Assembly (NCBI GenBank): GCA_021613535.1
Contig: CP075493.1
Location: 2,666,001-2,730,000 of the forward strand
Reading direction: 5' to 3'
Source: Adineta vaga
Taxonomy: Eukaryota; Animalia; Rotifera
Length of the DNA stretch: 64,000 nucleotides
The notes beneath the pieces are model-generated. The model was given only the letters and a program-made list of their open reading frames with translations. It made no database searches and was not told the DNA's origin. Every line of letters starts with the position of its first letter. Positions within the stretch are counted from its first letter, which is position 1. This document shows, piece after piece, positions 52,646 to 64,000 of this stretch. The translations under genes were made by a program, and so were the position numbers.

Positions 52646-54190
52646 TCAATCCGGTTCATGTAATTTTAAAATATTCGATGGTGAGATTAATACTGTTGTT
52701 AAACATTCATTTTCACCCTGATCAACTTTTAATTGATCACAACATGAAGAGGATTTCTTTTGAAAAAACATTCGACGAGTTGATTGCAAATTTCGATTTA
52801 GTTGTGTAGTAGATCTTATTATTGGATTCATGGCCGTTGATGAAACATTATGTGCTGATGTTGTCGGAGAATCAGATGGAGGAAAATGATATTCAATATT
52901 AGCATAAGTTTCAAATATCGGACATAAATGTAAAAGCCATCCGCATGCATCTTGTCGTAAACCGAACCACCCTTGAAAGAAAGAAGAATTTTAAAGACAA
53001 ACTTTTTACATTTAGTCTTACAGTGATTCGCTGGTACTCGACTACCAAATGACATGTAAATGAGTATTATTAATGCAATATACAATGGTAAACAAACCAC
53101 AATAAATGAAAAATGAATCGAGCGTTCAAGATAGAAGACTAAAAGTATCTAAATATAGATGAAAAAGAAAAACATATTCTCAATTAGAATTCGTTTTTGA
53201 AGATAAAAGAAGATATTTTACTTGAAAAATAAGTAAAAAGAAAAGTACACATATATGGCCAACAGTTGAACTTGTTAAAATTTGACAATAATGTCGATGT
53301 AATTGATGCTGACCAGATGAATTCGATTGATTTTGATTTCGATAATAATGAATACATGTCCAAATAATTCGACCAATACAAAATATAATTGATATACCCA
53401 TGACAATCCATAGTGGAATAAATACAGCCTAAAAATATCCACATTCAATAAGCTAAAATGAAATGTCAAAGAAAAAGAAAACAAACCGCATAATTCCATG
53501 TTAAAATACTATTATCTAATTTTAATGCAAAAAAAATAAATTGAAGAATATTAACAACAAATAAAGCTTGAATCTAAAAAACGATTCGAAAATTCTTCTC
53601 ATTTCGAAATTATTTCATGGAATTTTTACCTCCCAAGAACGACCATGACGTAGTAACCAAACATAAGTAAATACGGATATAATTGACAGAACAATTAATG
53701 GTAAAAAACAAACAATCCATGTTAAACGATAATCGGGATCATTTGGTTGTTCAAGATTATAACATATTAAGATTTCAAATAGAAGTAAAAGAATTGTTTC
53801 AATTAAATTTAAAAATAGTGCTCGACATTGAATTGGTGAATTTCGTTCACGACTAAAGTAGAATTATGTTATAAAACTCAAATATATTAGTTTATTTTCT
53901 TTTTTTAAATTTACTTTCTCGATCGAACACAACAATATGTTAATATACCAACAATTGCTCCTGAAATGCCTAAGAACTTCCAAATAAATAACGGAAGAAA
54001 GACCAACCAGTACGGCCAAAATAGAAATAACTCTTCCCGAAGAGCATAAAAAATACTAAAGATTAATAAGCAAAATGAAACAAGAAATTGACTAGAAAAA
54101 AACAAAACAAAACACATAAGAACATCATTTCTTTGTTCAACAATACATTTACCATGCATTGAATTCTTGCCAAACTGAAACTCTGTTCAT
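52646..54190 (-). CDS. TMEM185: TMEM185-like membrane protein, copy B (diverged tandem paralog)
   Basis: MNRVSVWQEFNACQFLVSFCLLIFSIFYAL..YWLVFLPLFIWKFLGISGA; FEILICYNLE; WWFGLRQD..CPIFETYANI; ends HEPD*. Confidence 0.82.
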
Positions 54191-54456
54191 CGAATCATTT
54201 GATTTTGAGCAAGATTTATTACATATAAGACTACATTATTACACATAAAGAAATATTTGATCTTAAAAATAAAAGATGACATTCAAATAATGATTAGAGA
54301 TAATCTATAAATATTGCTAGAGTTTTTTATTATTTTTTTCCTCTTCTTGTTGCTTGCTTGCGTCCTTGTTGTTCTTAGTAAACTTAATCAGTCATATGCC
54401 TTCTTTTACCAATCTAGAAATGAGTAGACATTTTTTTGACTAGATGGCGCTATGCT

Positions 54457-54880
54457 CAGGGGTGTCCCGATGAGGGTGGGCGTTGAGTGCCCCCTCAATC
54501 TTGGAATATTTTGTTGTCTTGCTCGCCAGTTGATGAATATTTTTGGAAAGCTTCCGAAATAATCTTCAAATTTCAGAAAAAGTTTTCCAAAATCACCAAA
54601 TTTCTTTTTAAATTCCAAAACAATTCCAAATTTTTTTAATAAATGTTCAAAAACTCTTCGAAATTTTCGAACATCTTGAAAATCCAAAGCAAACTCAGAA
54701 AATGTCGAAACAATTTCGAAAATCGTTGAGAAACTGGAGGTGTTTTTTCAAAAATTCCCGGAAATCTTTCAAAATTTCTAAAAATCTGCAAAAAAAGCTT
54801 GTAATATTTTTAAAATTTTTCAAAATTCATCGACGCCCGCCCCCTCCCCCCTCAATCTTTTGGGCTTCGGGACATCCCTG
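54457..54880. mobile_element. 424-bp non-autonomous TIR element (MITE, hAT-like CAGGG ends)
   Basis: Left end caggggtgtcccga (54457-54470) versus reverse complement of the right end cagggatgtcccga (54867-54880), 13/14 match. Subterminal inverted gggtgggcgttga/tcgacgcccgccc; direct repeat cccctcaatctt at 54490 and 54848; A/T-tract interior. No TSD found. Confidence 0.7.
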
Positions 54881-54900
54881 AAATTCATCTTGGTGTTTAG

Positions 54901-56298
54901 GTTATCAAATTCTTGATAAATCCGATGGAAATAAAGAAAGAATATTTCGTATTGTTAAACCAAAAGAAGTTTATCTTGATGATGATCATCAATGTGCTAT
55001 TGATCTTCGTCCATAATGTGTACCAGATGAACTGGAATTAACAAAATTATATGAACGATTTGGTGCAAAATGGATTTCCGAATCTGTTCAAAGAACTTTA
55101 GTTCATCAAGGTTTACAGTTTTCTTGTTTGATTTCTTTTGTCTTTAAAAACCTTTTATTTTCGTTTTAAGAAAAACTTTTGTTACAGATCAAAGTAAAAA
55201 ACTTCAAGATTTAATTTTATATCGTTTAGATATGTTATTTGTTAATAATCGAGTATGATTTTATATAGATACGGAGACTTTATTTGAAATTTTCTTTTCT
55301 TTTTTTAGGGAGAAACAATTGATAATGTTGATGAGAAACGAATTGATTTATTAAGAAATAAATTATCTGTTTATGAATCTGAAGGTATTCAATGTCAATT
55401 AATATTTAAAAAAAACCAATTGTATTAAATGTAAGACAAAAACAAAATTTTCTTTTTTTAAAACAAATCAATGTAGTTCATGTGCACTAGAATTTAATAA
55501 AAAATCAAGTGAATTTATTTCTTCATAAAGATCTTTCAAATATTGATTATATTGATATATCAACAGAATTAACAAGATTTCTTTATAAAAAACAATTAAT
55601 TCATTGGTTCATTCAATTAGTGATAAACTTTCATCACCTTTAGAAACTCTTAAAAGACGTGAAATTCCAGTTGATCGTTTATTAAAAATTCAACAACAAC
55701 GTTTGTTTTTTTTTCTTCATTTTCTTTTTCAGCTCCTCAATTAACAACACCAATTCAACATTAAAAAATCGAACAAAATATTCCAAAATCAATTGAAGAA
55801 AAACCTTTACAACAATCACCTGTAAAGACACCAATTGAACAACCTATCCATCAACCACAAATATATCCAAAACAATCCCAATATGAAAATAATAATAATA
55901 ACAATCAATCAAGAAGATTTTTACAAAGTTCAAAAGAGTAAGACAAATAATAAGAGTGTGAGTGATGATGAGAGTGATAATGTGAACTTTGCCGGTAATG
56001 GCGACCCCAGAATTTCCACTCAGGATGGGCTCAGTTCACCCTTGGCGTCGCCACTATTTGCCGGTCTCTATTACTCAAAAATATGAAGTGCACGCAAATC
56101 GCGATCAGTGGAAATAAAACATCATCAAATCCAATTGTACGTCGTATAATAAAGTTTTCTTTTATGGTTACTTGTCATGAATTATCACATAACATCGATT
56201 CAAATCATGATTTAAATTTTATTAATCATCTTGAAAAAGTTTCAGCAAGATTTATAGATCAAAGAGATTTATTTCTATCAACATTTGCTTTTGAATAG
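54901..56298 (+). pseudogene. 5'-truncated, degenerate fragment of a fungal-type DUF3684-family gene
   Basis: Exon remnants EVYLDDD..P*CVPDELELTKLYERFGAKWISESV, KLQDLILYRLDMLF, SPLETLKRREIPVDRLL, MVTCHELSHNIDSNH. In-frame TAA at 55014-55016, frameshifts and a TE insertion. Confidence 0.65.
55996..56056. mobile_element. 61-bp mini TIR element with a perfect 8-bp target-site duplication (hAT-like)
   Basis: tttgccgg at 55988-55995 and 56057-56064; ends taatggcgacccca and (reverse complement) tagtggcgacgcca match 12/14; GC-rich island. Confidence 0.8.
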
Positions 56299-57438
56299 AC
56301 GCTATTTATTTATTTGTACATTATGCATTTCAGCTCATATATCATTTTAATAAATTGATGGATTAGAAAAACAAATCATCATTGCACAAACTAATTTGTA
56401 TTTGTTTAAATTTAAAAGATTTTTTTTTGCATAGATGAACGTCAGAATGTTTCCCATTTGGATAAAAGAGTGGCTGCCTACTTCGAGTTCGGAGATTTTA
56501 AAAATATATCTTAGTATAAAACTGATGCTGACGAACACATAGTTTTACTTATTTATACCTATAAATCATATTTAAACATAGATGCATCTTTATGTGCGAG
56601 TTATAATTAAGTCAGATGAAAACAAATCTATTCCTAACAAGTCGTATTTCTATAGGAGACTATATAAATGAACTATGAATGTATCGAAATAAAAGTATGT
56701 CTAGTCGTACTATATACTAAAGTTTTAGCTTTTATTTTGTTCATTTATTTTCGAAGTTACAACAAGTAGCTGAATCTTCATTTACATTCGAACTCGAATT
56801 AGATAGCTCATGATGAAAATATAACATATAATATTATGTTGTGGTAAGTGGTTATATCGTTCGATACGATTCGTATATACTACGTACAGTTATGTTCCTC
56901 ACGTGTAAGAAGCGTCTTGTAAGAATAGTGTACGAAGTAGAGCGACATATCTACAAATACTGCGCTCATCGACATGGGTATGTTTAGCGTTTTTTTTGTT
57001 TGTTGGAGGTTATATCTCATAGTGGTATCTATGTTAATACATAAAAATGTTTAATAGTAAACTTAGAAAGAAATTTGGTAGATACAAGAGAATTTAAGAT
57101 TTAAAATAACTTGATATTTGTAAACTAAGCCGATTACAGGTAAGGAATACTTGTGCCAAACATAAGAGGAATACATGTCAATATAAGTAAAATGACCACC
57201 GTATCGCTGACGCTGAATGTAGTCAAAACATTCATAAATATATGAAATTTGTCTTCTGTTGATGACAAAGACATGTCGAGTATATGATAGATGTATCTTT
57301 CACCAACTAGACGTAAAAAAGTCTCTTGATATAACAGACAATTTATCTCGTTCATATACTTAATATATTATGTGATTTTTAGATTGATTTTTTGTATTAT
57401 TTAAGTTTGGATATTCAAATTGATTTTGAATTATCAAT

Positions 57439-58248
57439 ATGCCATCGAATTCGATTATAAAACTTATCAATTTCTTGTTTAATAATGATATATGTCATTA
57501 TAAATTTGCTATCAGCGAACCAGTTGAAGATACTGATCGTATGATTCGGCAAAGATTTAATATTCCATCAACTCGTATTTATTTCCTCGTTGATAAATCC
57601 GATTCAAGATTTATGTCTTTACATACACTAGCATCTTTACCAGATGAAACAAATGTTAGTATCGAATTACAAGATTTGGATTTAAATCGTACAGCGTCTG
57701 TTAATCTTTTGAAAAGCGTTGATCGTGGTATGTTTGTCTTTTGAAACTTCCACGCATTTTACCTATCTTTTTTTAGAAACATCATCATTCAGTGATAATA
57801 AAAATGAAATGAATCCTTCAGATTTATCATTAACATCTACAAGTGAAAGTGAAAATGATGCCAAATTAAATGTTAATTATCATAGTTTAATTTCACATAG
57901 TGGCATGACGAAAAAGAATATTTCAGAAGAAAGAAAAAAAAGACGTGAAGCAAATATTATGTGCAATAGAAAAATTAATCATTTCTTTGCAAAATATGGC
58001 AATATCGAACCTAGTAAGTGTTTATTAGAAAAGATCTCTATTTTTTATTTTTAAAAATGAATATTTTAGTTGATTACCATCATGTCAGTCGTGATCTGAT
58101 GATGAATTTAAATATTGCAAAACATGAAATTTATAATTTACTCAAATTCATTCGAAATACAATGGTTCCTGCATCGTTAAATTTGAATAGACAGAATATT
58201 ATTGATATGCTCTCTGATATCTATAAAAAGAATTATTTACATGATTAA
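57439..58248 (+). CDS. Hypothetical 3-exon protein
   Basis: Three consecutive ORFs joined by ~50-nt GT-AG introns (57728-57776, ~58014-58069); no domain recognised. Confidence 0.55.
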
Positions 58249-58548
58249 ACAGAATGAAAAAACATTCATCTAAAAGATTTCTTTTTCTATATAGACAATT
58301 TCGTCTCTTTTAAAATATAAGATTTCGCTTACAACGAATCATTTGAATATGTATCTCATCTATGCATATGAGAATGTAGATCTATTGAATATAATTATAG
58401 TATAGAGATAGAAATATATCGATTTCATCATGAATTTTGAAATAATTATTTTATTACAAATTCAATAAGAAAAAAAAATGTTCTCTCTTCTTTTTATTTA
58501 TGATTTTCCTATGAATGAAAAAAGAAAAGAATACTGAAACAAACGTTA

Positions 58549-59998
58549 TTAACGATTCGATGATGAACTATCCATAGAATTAGTCGTCGGTATTGATTTA
58601 AAGATTGTTTTCTTTGCTTCATCTTCCGATATATTCATTAATCTTTCCATTTTAGCTTTCAATCGTTTCAATCGATAACCAATCAGTGGATTCCAATGGT
58701 GGATTGGAATAGTTAATCCTGCTAAATATGGTAATCTAATACGTGTTTTTGTTCGTTCACCATCTGAATCGAAAAAATCTTTTCCATTTCGTAATAATTC
58801 ACGTAAAATACGATTTCTTTCAAGATGTTTTTCAAGAAATTCAATACCACCTTCGAGAAAATCTAAACCATAGCCTATTGTTGATGAATCACGTATTCGA
58901 CTAACTTGCATATTAATAAGACGACCAAGAAATGGTGATAAATAGAAACATAACAAACCATTGAGAAGAAGAAAATGAAAAAAGAGAAAACGTTTTGGAC
59001 GTGTTGGAAAATAATGACGTAAACGTGTATAAAGTGTAAATGGAAGAAAAAATGAACCAGCAACAATTCCCCAAGGCATCATATGCCATGGACCAGATGC
59101 AATTTCGAATTGATCAGCGATAATATATTTTTTTGCATTATCCGAAAGAAAAAATGTTTCTATTAATTTTTGTACCAGTATTGTTTCACCTAAATAGAAG
59201 AGAAATCAATCATTGATGTTTCAAACAAAACAACGTAACATTACGTGTTAATGGTTGAACGGGGGAAGGCATGGGTAAAGAAGGGAGTGATGATGATGGT
59301 GGTGGTGGTGGTGGAGACGTTGGAGAATGGCCGAACCATTGATTGAACCAAGATTTAGATTCATTCGATGTTGCGATTATTTCTTCTGATTGAGGTTTTG
59401 GTTTTTCAGTTTTCTTTGAAGGAAAATTTAGTTTACTCTCATCAACACGGGATAGATCAATCTTAGAAAAATCAATTTCTTGACCACTAAAATTTATTTT
59501 AACTTTTTTTAAATCATCTATCGAAGAGATATTTGCCCATTGTGGAACCATTAAATAAACAATACCATCGAATAATGGTGTAAAATGACCATTAAGATCA
59601 AAATCAAGACCAGTATGTACACATGGACGAATATCAAAATTAGGTGTACGACGCATTTGTTCTGGTAAACGCATTCGAATAGCCACCTATAAATAAGAAG
59701 TGCGGATTTTCTCAACCGACAAAAACACAACAAGATTGCTTTACTTCAGTTGCTAATCGATTATATGATGAATTGACTTTAATAAATTCTCCGTTTTCAT
59801 TTGTGGGTCGTTTAAATAAATATTTCAATGTTTTCTCTGGTTGAGCTATTGTGAACATATAAGGACCGACGATAATACCTGAATGAGAAATTAACAAAAG
59901 AAAATCTTGGATTAAACGCTTTTGTTTTTCTATATACCTGTACATGCAAATGCACGAACTAGCTTTGCTATATTTGTTTTCTGTGATTGATAACTCAT
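58549..59998 (-). CDS. TMEM177: TMEM177-like protein, multi-exon
   Basis: FFLSDNAKKYIIA and GGIEFLEKHLERNRILRELL..DGE resemble TMEM177 motifs. First exon MSYQSQKTNIAKLVRAFACTG starts at ATG 59998. Confidence 0.72.
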
Positions 59999-60067
59999 CT
60001 ACAATGAGGAAAGTTTTACAATAGATACATTGAAAGAGAAAAACAAACAATTGAAAAAAAGATTTTA

Positions 60068-61533
60068 TTAAGATTTTCGTAAACGTTTCACATCGACACA
60101 ACCAACACGAAGTGGTGGTAAATTTTGTCTTTTACGAGTTTCATTCGTAGCTACATTCGATTGACTTGATGAAGATACTTTTTGATTTCGATGTTGAGGA
60201 AATGAAGGCATTAGTTCTGTTTCACAAGGTAATGGTGGTTCTTTGAAATACGAACTCCGTAAACAATCTTCTGCAGTGGCTCTAAAAATAATAGTGACTA
60301 TTTTGAAAGAGTTAAATATGAATAATATAAACCAAACCGTTTAGATGGATCATACATAAACATAAAATTAATAAGACGTAAACCGGCACTTGATAACCAG
60401 GAAAATGTTTGTTTCACATTATTGTAGGGTTGCTGACGTAAAGTAAAATTTTTCATGGAGGGTAAATTGTTTAAGCCTGGCCAGATTTTTTCAGTTGGTG
60501 TTCCGAACATATCAATAATTAAATCAATTTGTTGAATTTCTGATCGTCCAGGTAACAATGGGCGATGACATAATAATTCGCCAATGACACAACCTGCTGA
60601 CCAAATATCAATGGCTGTCGTTTGATATTTTGAACCTATATAAAAATCAACAATAGAATTAAAAAAATCATCAATATCTTTTTCTTTTCTTATCAAACCA
60701 AAGAGAAGTTCAGGTGCTCGATACCAAAGTGTAACGACCATTGGTGTCATTGTCCCATTTGGTAATGTAAATTGTCTTGCTAAACCAAAATCAGCTATTT
60801 TCAAACAACCACTATCTGTTAATAATAAATTCGATACTTTAATATCACGATGTACAATAAAACGTTTATGAACATAATTCAATCCACGAAATAATTGTAA
60901 AGCAATACATTTAACTTGTGCTTCAGTAAATGGTTGAGACATATGATCAAGTAAAGATGCTAGATCTTGTTCACAATATGTCATAACAAGAAATATTGAA
61001 CGTAATGATCTACCAACAGCTACTTCACGTAATTCAACAATATTTTCATGACGTAAATTAAGTAGAAGATTGATTTCACGCATCGAACTTATTGGTAAAC
61101 CCCATTGTTCATTTTCCATTCGAACTTTTTTCAAAGCAACAATTTCTTGAGTAGTTTTATCTCGACCACGATAAACAACACCATATGTTCCTTTACCAAT
61201 ACAATTTAATTTTTCAAATTCAGATACCGGCCTAAATAAAAGACGATGGATCTCAATAGTTGTAAAATTACTTTATTTTAAACATTTGTTTTCTTATTAG
61301 AGGAAATTTATTCGAATGATACTTCACTTTCGCACTACTTGCTTTCAAAGATTACTGAATATTCTACATTGATTCTATCAATCAATAAATAAATGTGCAA
61401 TTTCACTCAGATCTTACCTACATGTACCAAAGAGAGAAGAATCAGGAATTGTTATAGGCTGATCTGTAAGCATTGAATAAATCGTTGTTTTGTTCTCTTC
61501 ATTAATACTAGTATTTGCTCCTGACGAAGTCAT
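60068..61533 (-). CDS. CDK10: Cyclin-dependent kinase 10
   Basis: FGTCR|[21 protein letters not shown]; PISSMRE; [12 protein letters not shown]; [18 protein letters not shown]; [14 protein letters not shown]; [17 protein letters not shown]. Confidence 0.94.
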
Positions 61534-62664
61534 CTAGATATATTTTTTTAATTTTTTGTCTAAAGTAGTAAAAAGAAGTCAGACCTCTTTTATATCATTC
61601 ATCTATATTCTATCTTCTACGGACAAATGGAAAATAAGACAAGATAAACAGACATATGTATATTTTTCCGTTGGTCAGTATTATAACTGAGACCAACATT
61701 CGCAATGGGTCGGTTTTATTCCGAAAAAGAAAAAAGTGCAGCCATTACACATATAAGTATATCTGTCTAATTCTACATAGATACGTTTGTTTTCTTTGCG
61801 GGCTGGCTCGAACAGATAGAAAAAGTTACACATAAAGGCAAAGTTTGCACAAAGAGAAGGAACAAAAGAAGAACAATAACAAAATGATGGTTGTTTTTTT
61901 TGTAAGAAAAAAAAGTAGTTCGCAATCTTGTGAGATAGAGCCAAACAAACAATAATGAAAGAAAAAAAAAGAACAAAGATGAACACACGCACACACACGA
62001 AAAATAGAGAAAAAAAAGAGACATATGAATGCCAATATATGTACAAAAGAAGTCGAACTGTGAAGAAAGTTAGAACCAATATATATTGCACACAGGGTCG
62101 AGTAAAAGAAAGTTGAAGGAATAAGATGTCTTTCGTCTTCATAGGTTCACTGAAAAAGCACTAAAATAAAGGATGAACGAGAATCTGAGAGAGAGAGAGA
62201 GAGAGGGAAAAAGAGAGAAAATGAGTGAAAGAAGACAAGAAGACGCGCACGCAAAAAGAAATTACTGATATTTTTTATACGTGTTTACAAAAAGAAGGTC
62301 TTTTTTTTTCTTTTTTTGGGGGATTTTTTTGAGAATTTTTTCGATTTTTTTGTATGTTTTTGTTTCCTGAACGTTGAAGATGAATAGATTAGAGCGTTTT
62401 TTTTCGCATAGAGAAAGAAAGACAATAGAAGAGAGAAAGAGAAAAATAGGTAGATGGAAGAAAGAAAGACATGAGTGTTATGCGTTGCTGAGCCGAAAAA
62501 AAGAAAAGAAGTTGAACAAAAAATAGATATGTATGATGAGAAAAAAATAAATAGAAGTGAAAGAATAACGATAATAACAACAACAAGAGATATTTGACTG
62601 GATTTTTTTTAATCTTCACCATTATTTATATCGTTACACCTCTCCTTACACACACACACCGTTT

Positions 62665-64000
62665 TTATTCTTGAACATTTCGATGATCATCATCGACAGA
62701 TCTAGAAAACAAAACAAAAAACTTCGTTTTATTTTCTCTCAATTACAAGAACATTCCATTCCTTAACCTTTGATGATTCGTTCGTTGTGATTGTGGTCGA
62801 TGAAAGAAATTATGTGTATAAAATTGTTGTTGTAATTGAATATGATATGGATATTTAAGTGAATTGCCATTTGGATATTGTATCAACGGTTTATCCATAG
62901 GACCATAACTGAAATCAACGAGAAATAGTTATACGATTATTTTCAATGACTGAATTTTAAGATTTATCTCTATTTTCTCGAAATATCTTCATTGATTGAC
63001 AAGATGTGAATACATACTTCATTCGACCATGTTGAATCTGTCGGACTGTTCGTTGTTCATTCTGATTATCACGATAGATTGTACGTAATCGTCTTCGATA
63101 GTTCAAAGTACTTTCACTAACCGTGAGAATTTTTGAAAGAATACTAAAATGATACAAATTTTGTATAGATAATAATGGTTCATCTCTTAATTAAATAAAC
63201 TAACGATGGTGCATTTTTCAATGTTGTATTTTGATCAGAAACACTTTGCAACAATTTATCAAATGCTTCACGAAATGCAGAATTAAGTTTTGGTGTCAAC
63301 CATGAAGCTTTACTAATATCATTTTCTATATGGAAAGAATTAAATGATGATAGACATAGTTTGCCATATACATACTATCATTAAATGGATCGACAATACA
63401 TAAATTACTAATTGTTCGATGTCCACAACAAAAGTTTTTAAACAATTCTTCTTTATCAATAAAACCGGCCGGACGATCTGGTTGATTTGGTGTTTGTACA
63501 CGAATACCCAATTTAACATAATTAAAATACACACCATATAATTCCAAAAAACTTATTAACATATGACCAAGATTAGCATGTTCAACTGTACTATTCGTAC
63601 TACTTGTTGTACAACTGCTACTATTACTACTATTACCACCACTTAAACCATTGTTAAAATGATCATCATCAAGATCACTATTATTATTACTACAACTATT
63701 ATTATCATCGGATGATATACATGAAGCAGCTGATGATGATGGATATGATGTCGATGATGAACAGTCATCTGTTGTACCATTTTTTAACGAAGATGATGAC
63801 GTAGTTTTGATTGTTGCCGATGATGATGTGGATAAACCAGATAAGAATGATGATGATAATGATGATGACCAAAATGTATGTTGATCTTTTTTATAATAAG
63901 TCTATGAAATAATAGAAATATACGAAAAATAAAATCTTTTGTTTTTAGTATTTACCTGAAAAAAGCAGACTAGCATAAGAATAAGTGAATAACTGCTAAT
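62665..64000 (-). CDS. Non-canonical poly(A) polymerase TENT4/PAPD5/Trf4-like, 3' part
   Basis: ISSYSLILMLVCFFQ; NLGHMLISFLELYGVYFNYVKLGIRV; LCIVDPFND..NDIS; SILSKIL. Has a long Ser/Asn-rich insert; the 5' end is outside the window. Confidence 0.85.

Noticed and set aside
54406-54687. 93-aa F/K-rich ORF
   Set aside because: Translation of the MITE's A/T tracts; not a transposase.
55011-55019. In-frame stop as readthrough or genetic-code change
   Set aside because: TAA terminates normal genes in this window, and the locus also has frameshifts.
55936-56076. Outer element (gagtaa...ttactc) around the 61-bp insert
   Set aside because: Only a 6-bp inverted match within poly-A flanks; insufficient support.
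61681-62622. Several hydrophobic Phe-rich ORFs
   Set aside because: Low-complexity T-rich 3' UTR/intergenic sequence downstream of TENT4.
1-64000. rRNA, tRNA, CRISPR arrays, autonomous transposase/RT genes
   Set aside because: None recognised by eye; small ncRNAs cannot be excluded without a covariance-model search.

Overview
AT-rich, gene-dense eukaryotic DNA with many ~50-60 nt GT-AG introns. The mix of metazoan core genes and intron-bearing microbial-type genes is most consistent with a bdelloid rotifer (inference). About 23 protein-coding loci were found. Metazoan genes: a chitin-binding/EGF protein, CASK, UBE2H, PTBP, NSFL1C/p47, RTCA, CLUH, a DENND3-like gene, astacin, a START/PCTP-like gene, an Hmx homeobox gene, two tandem TMEM185-like genes, TMEM177, CDK10 and TENT4/PAPD5-like. 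There are also three orphan ORFs. Candidate horizontally acquired genes: DUF1761, a potato-inhibitor-I protein missed by the ORF track, a bacterial-type 5'-nucleotidase, DUF4037 and a fungal-type DUF3684 pseudogene. Two non-autonomous TIR elements are present. Main oddities: (1) a complete exostosin-like gene fills 94% of one CLUH intron on the SAME strand; (2) several same-strand gene pairs are separated by only 69-223 nt, with AATAAA followed by a donor-less splice acceptor, suggesting trans-spliced operons that could also explain how the nested gene is expressed; (3) the PTB gene keeps the 34-nt frameshifting exon that vertebrate PTBP1 uses for autoregulation. Family calls come from recalled motifs; no searches were run.
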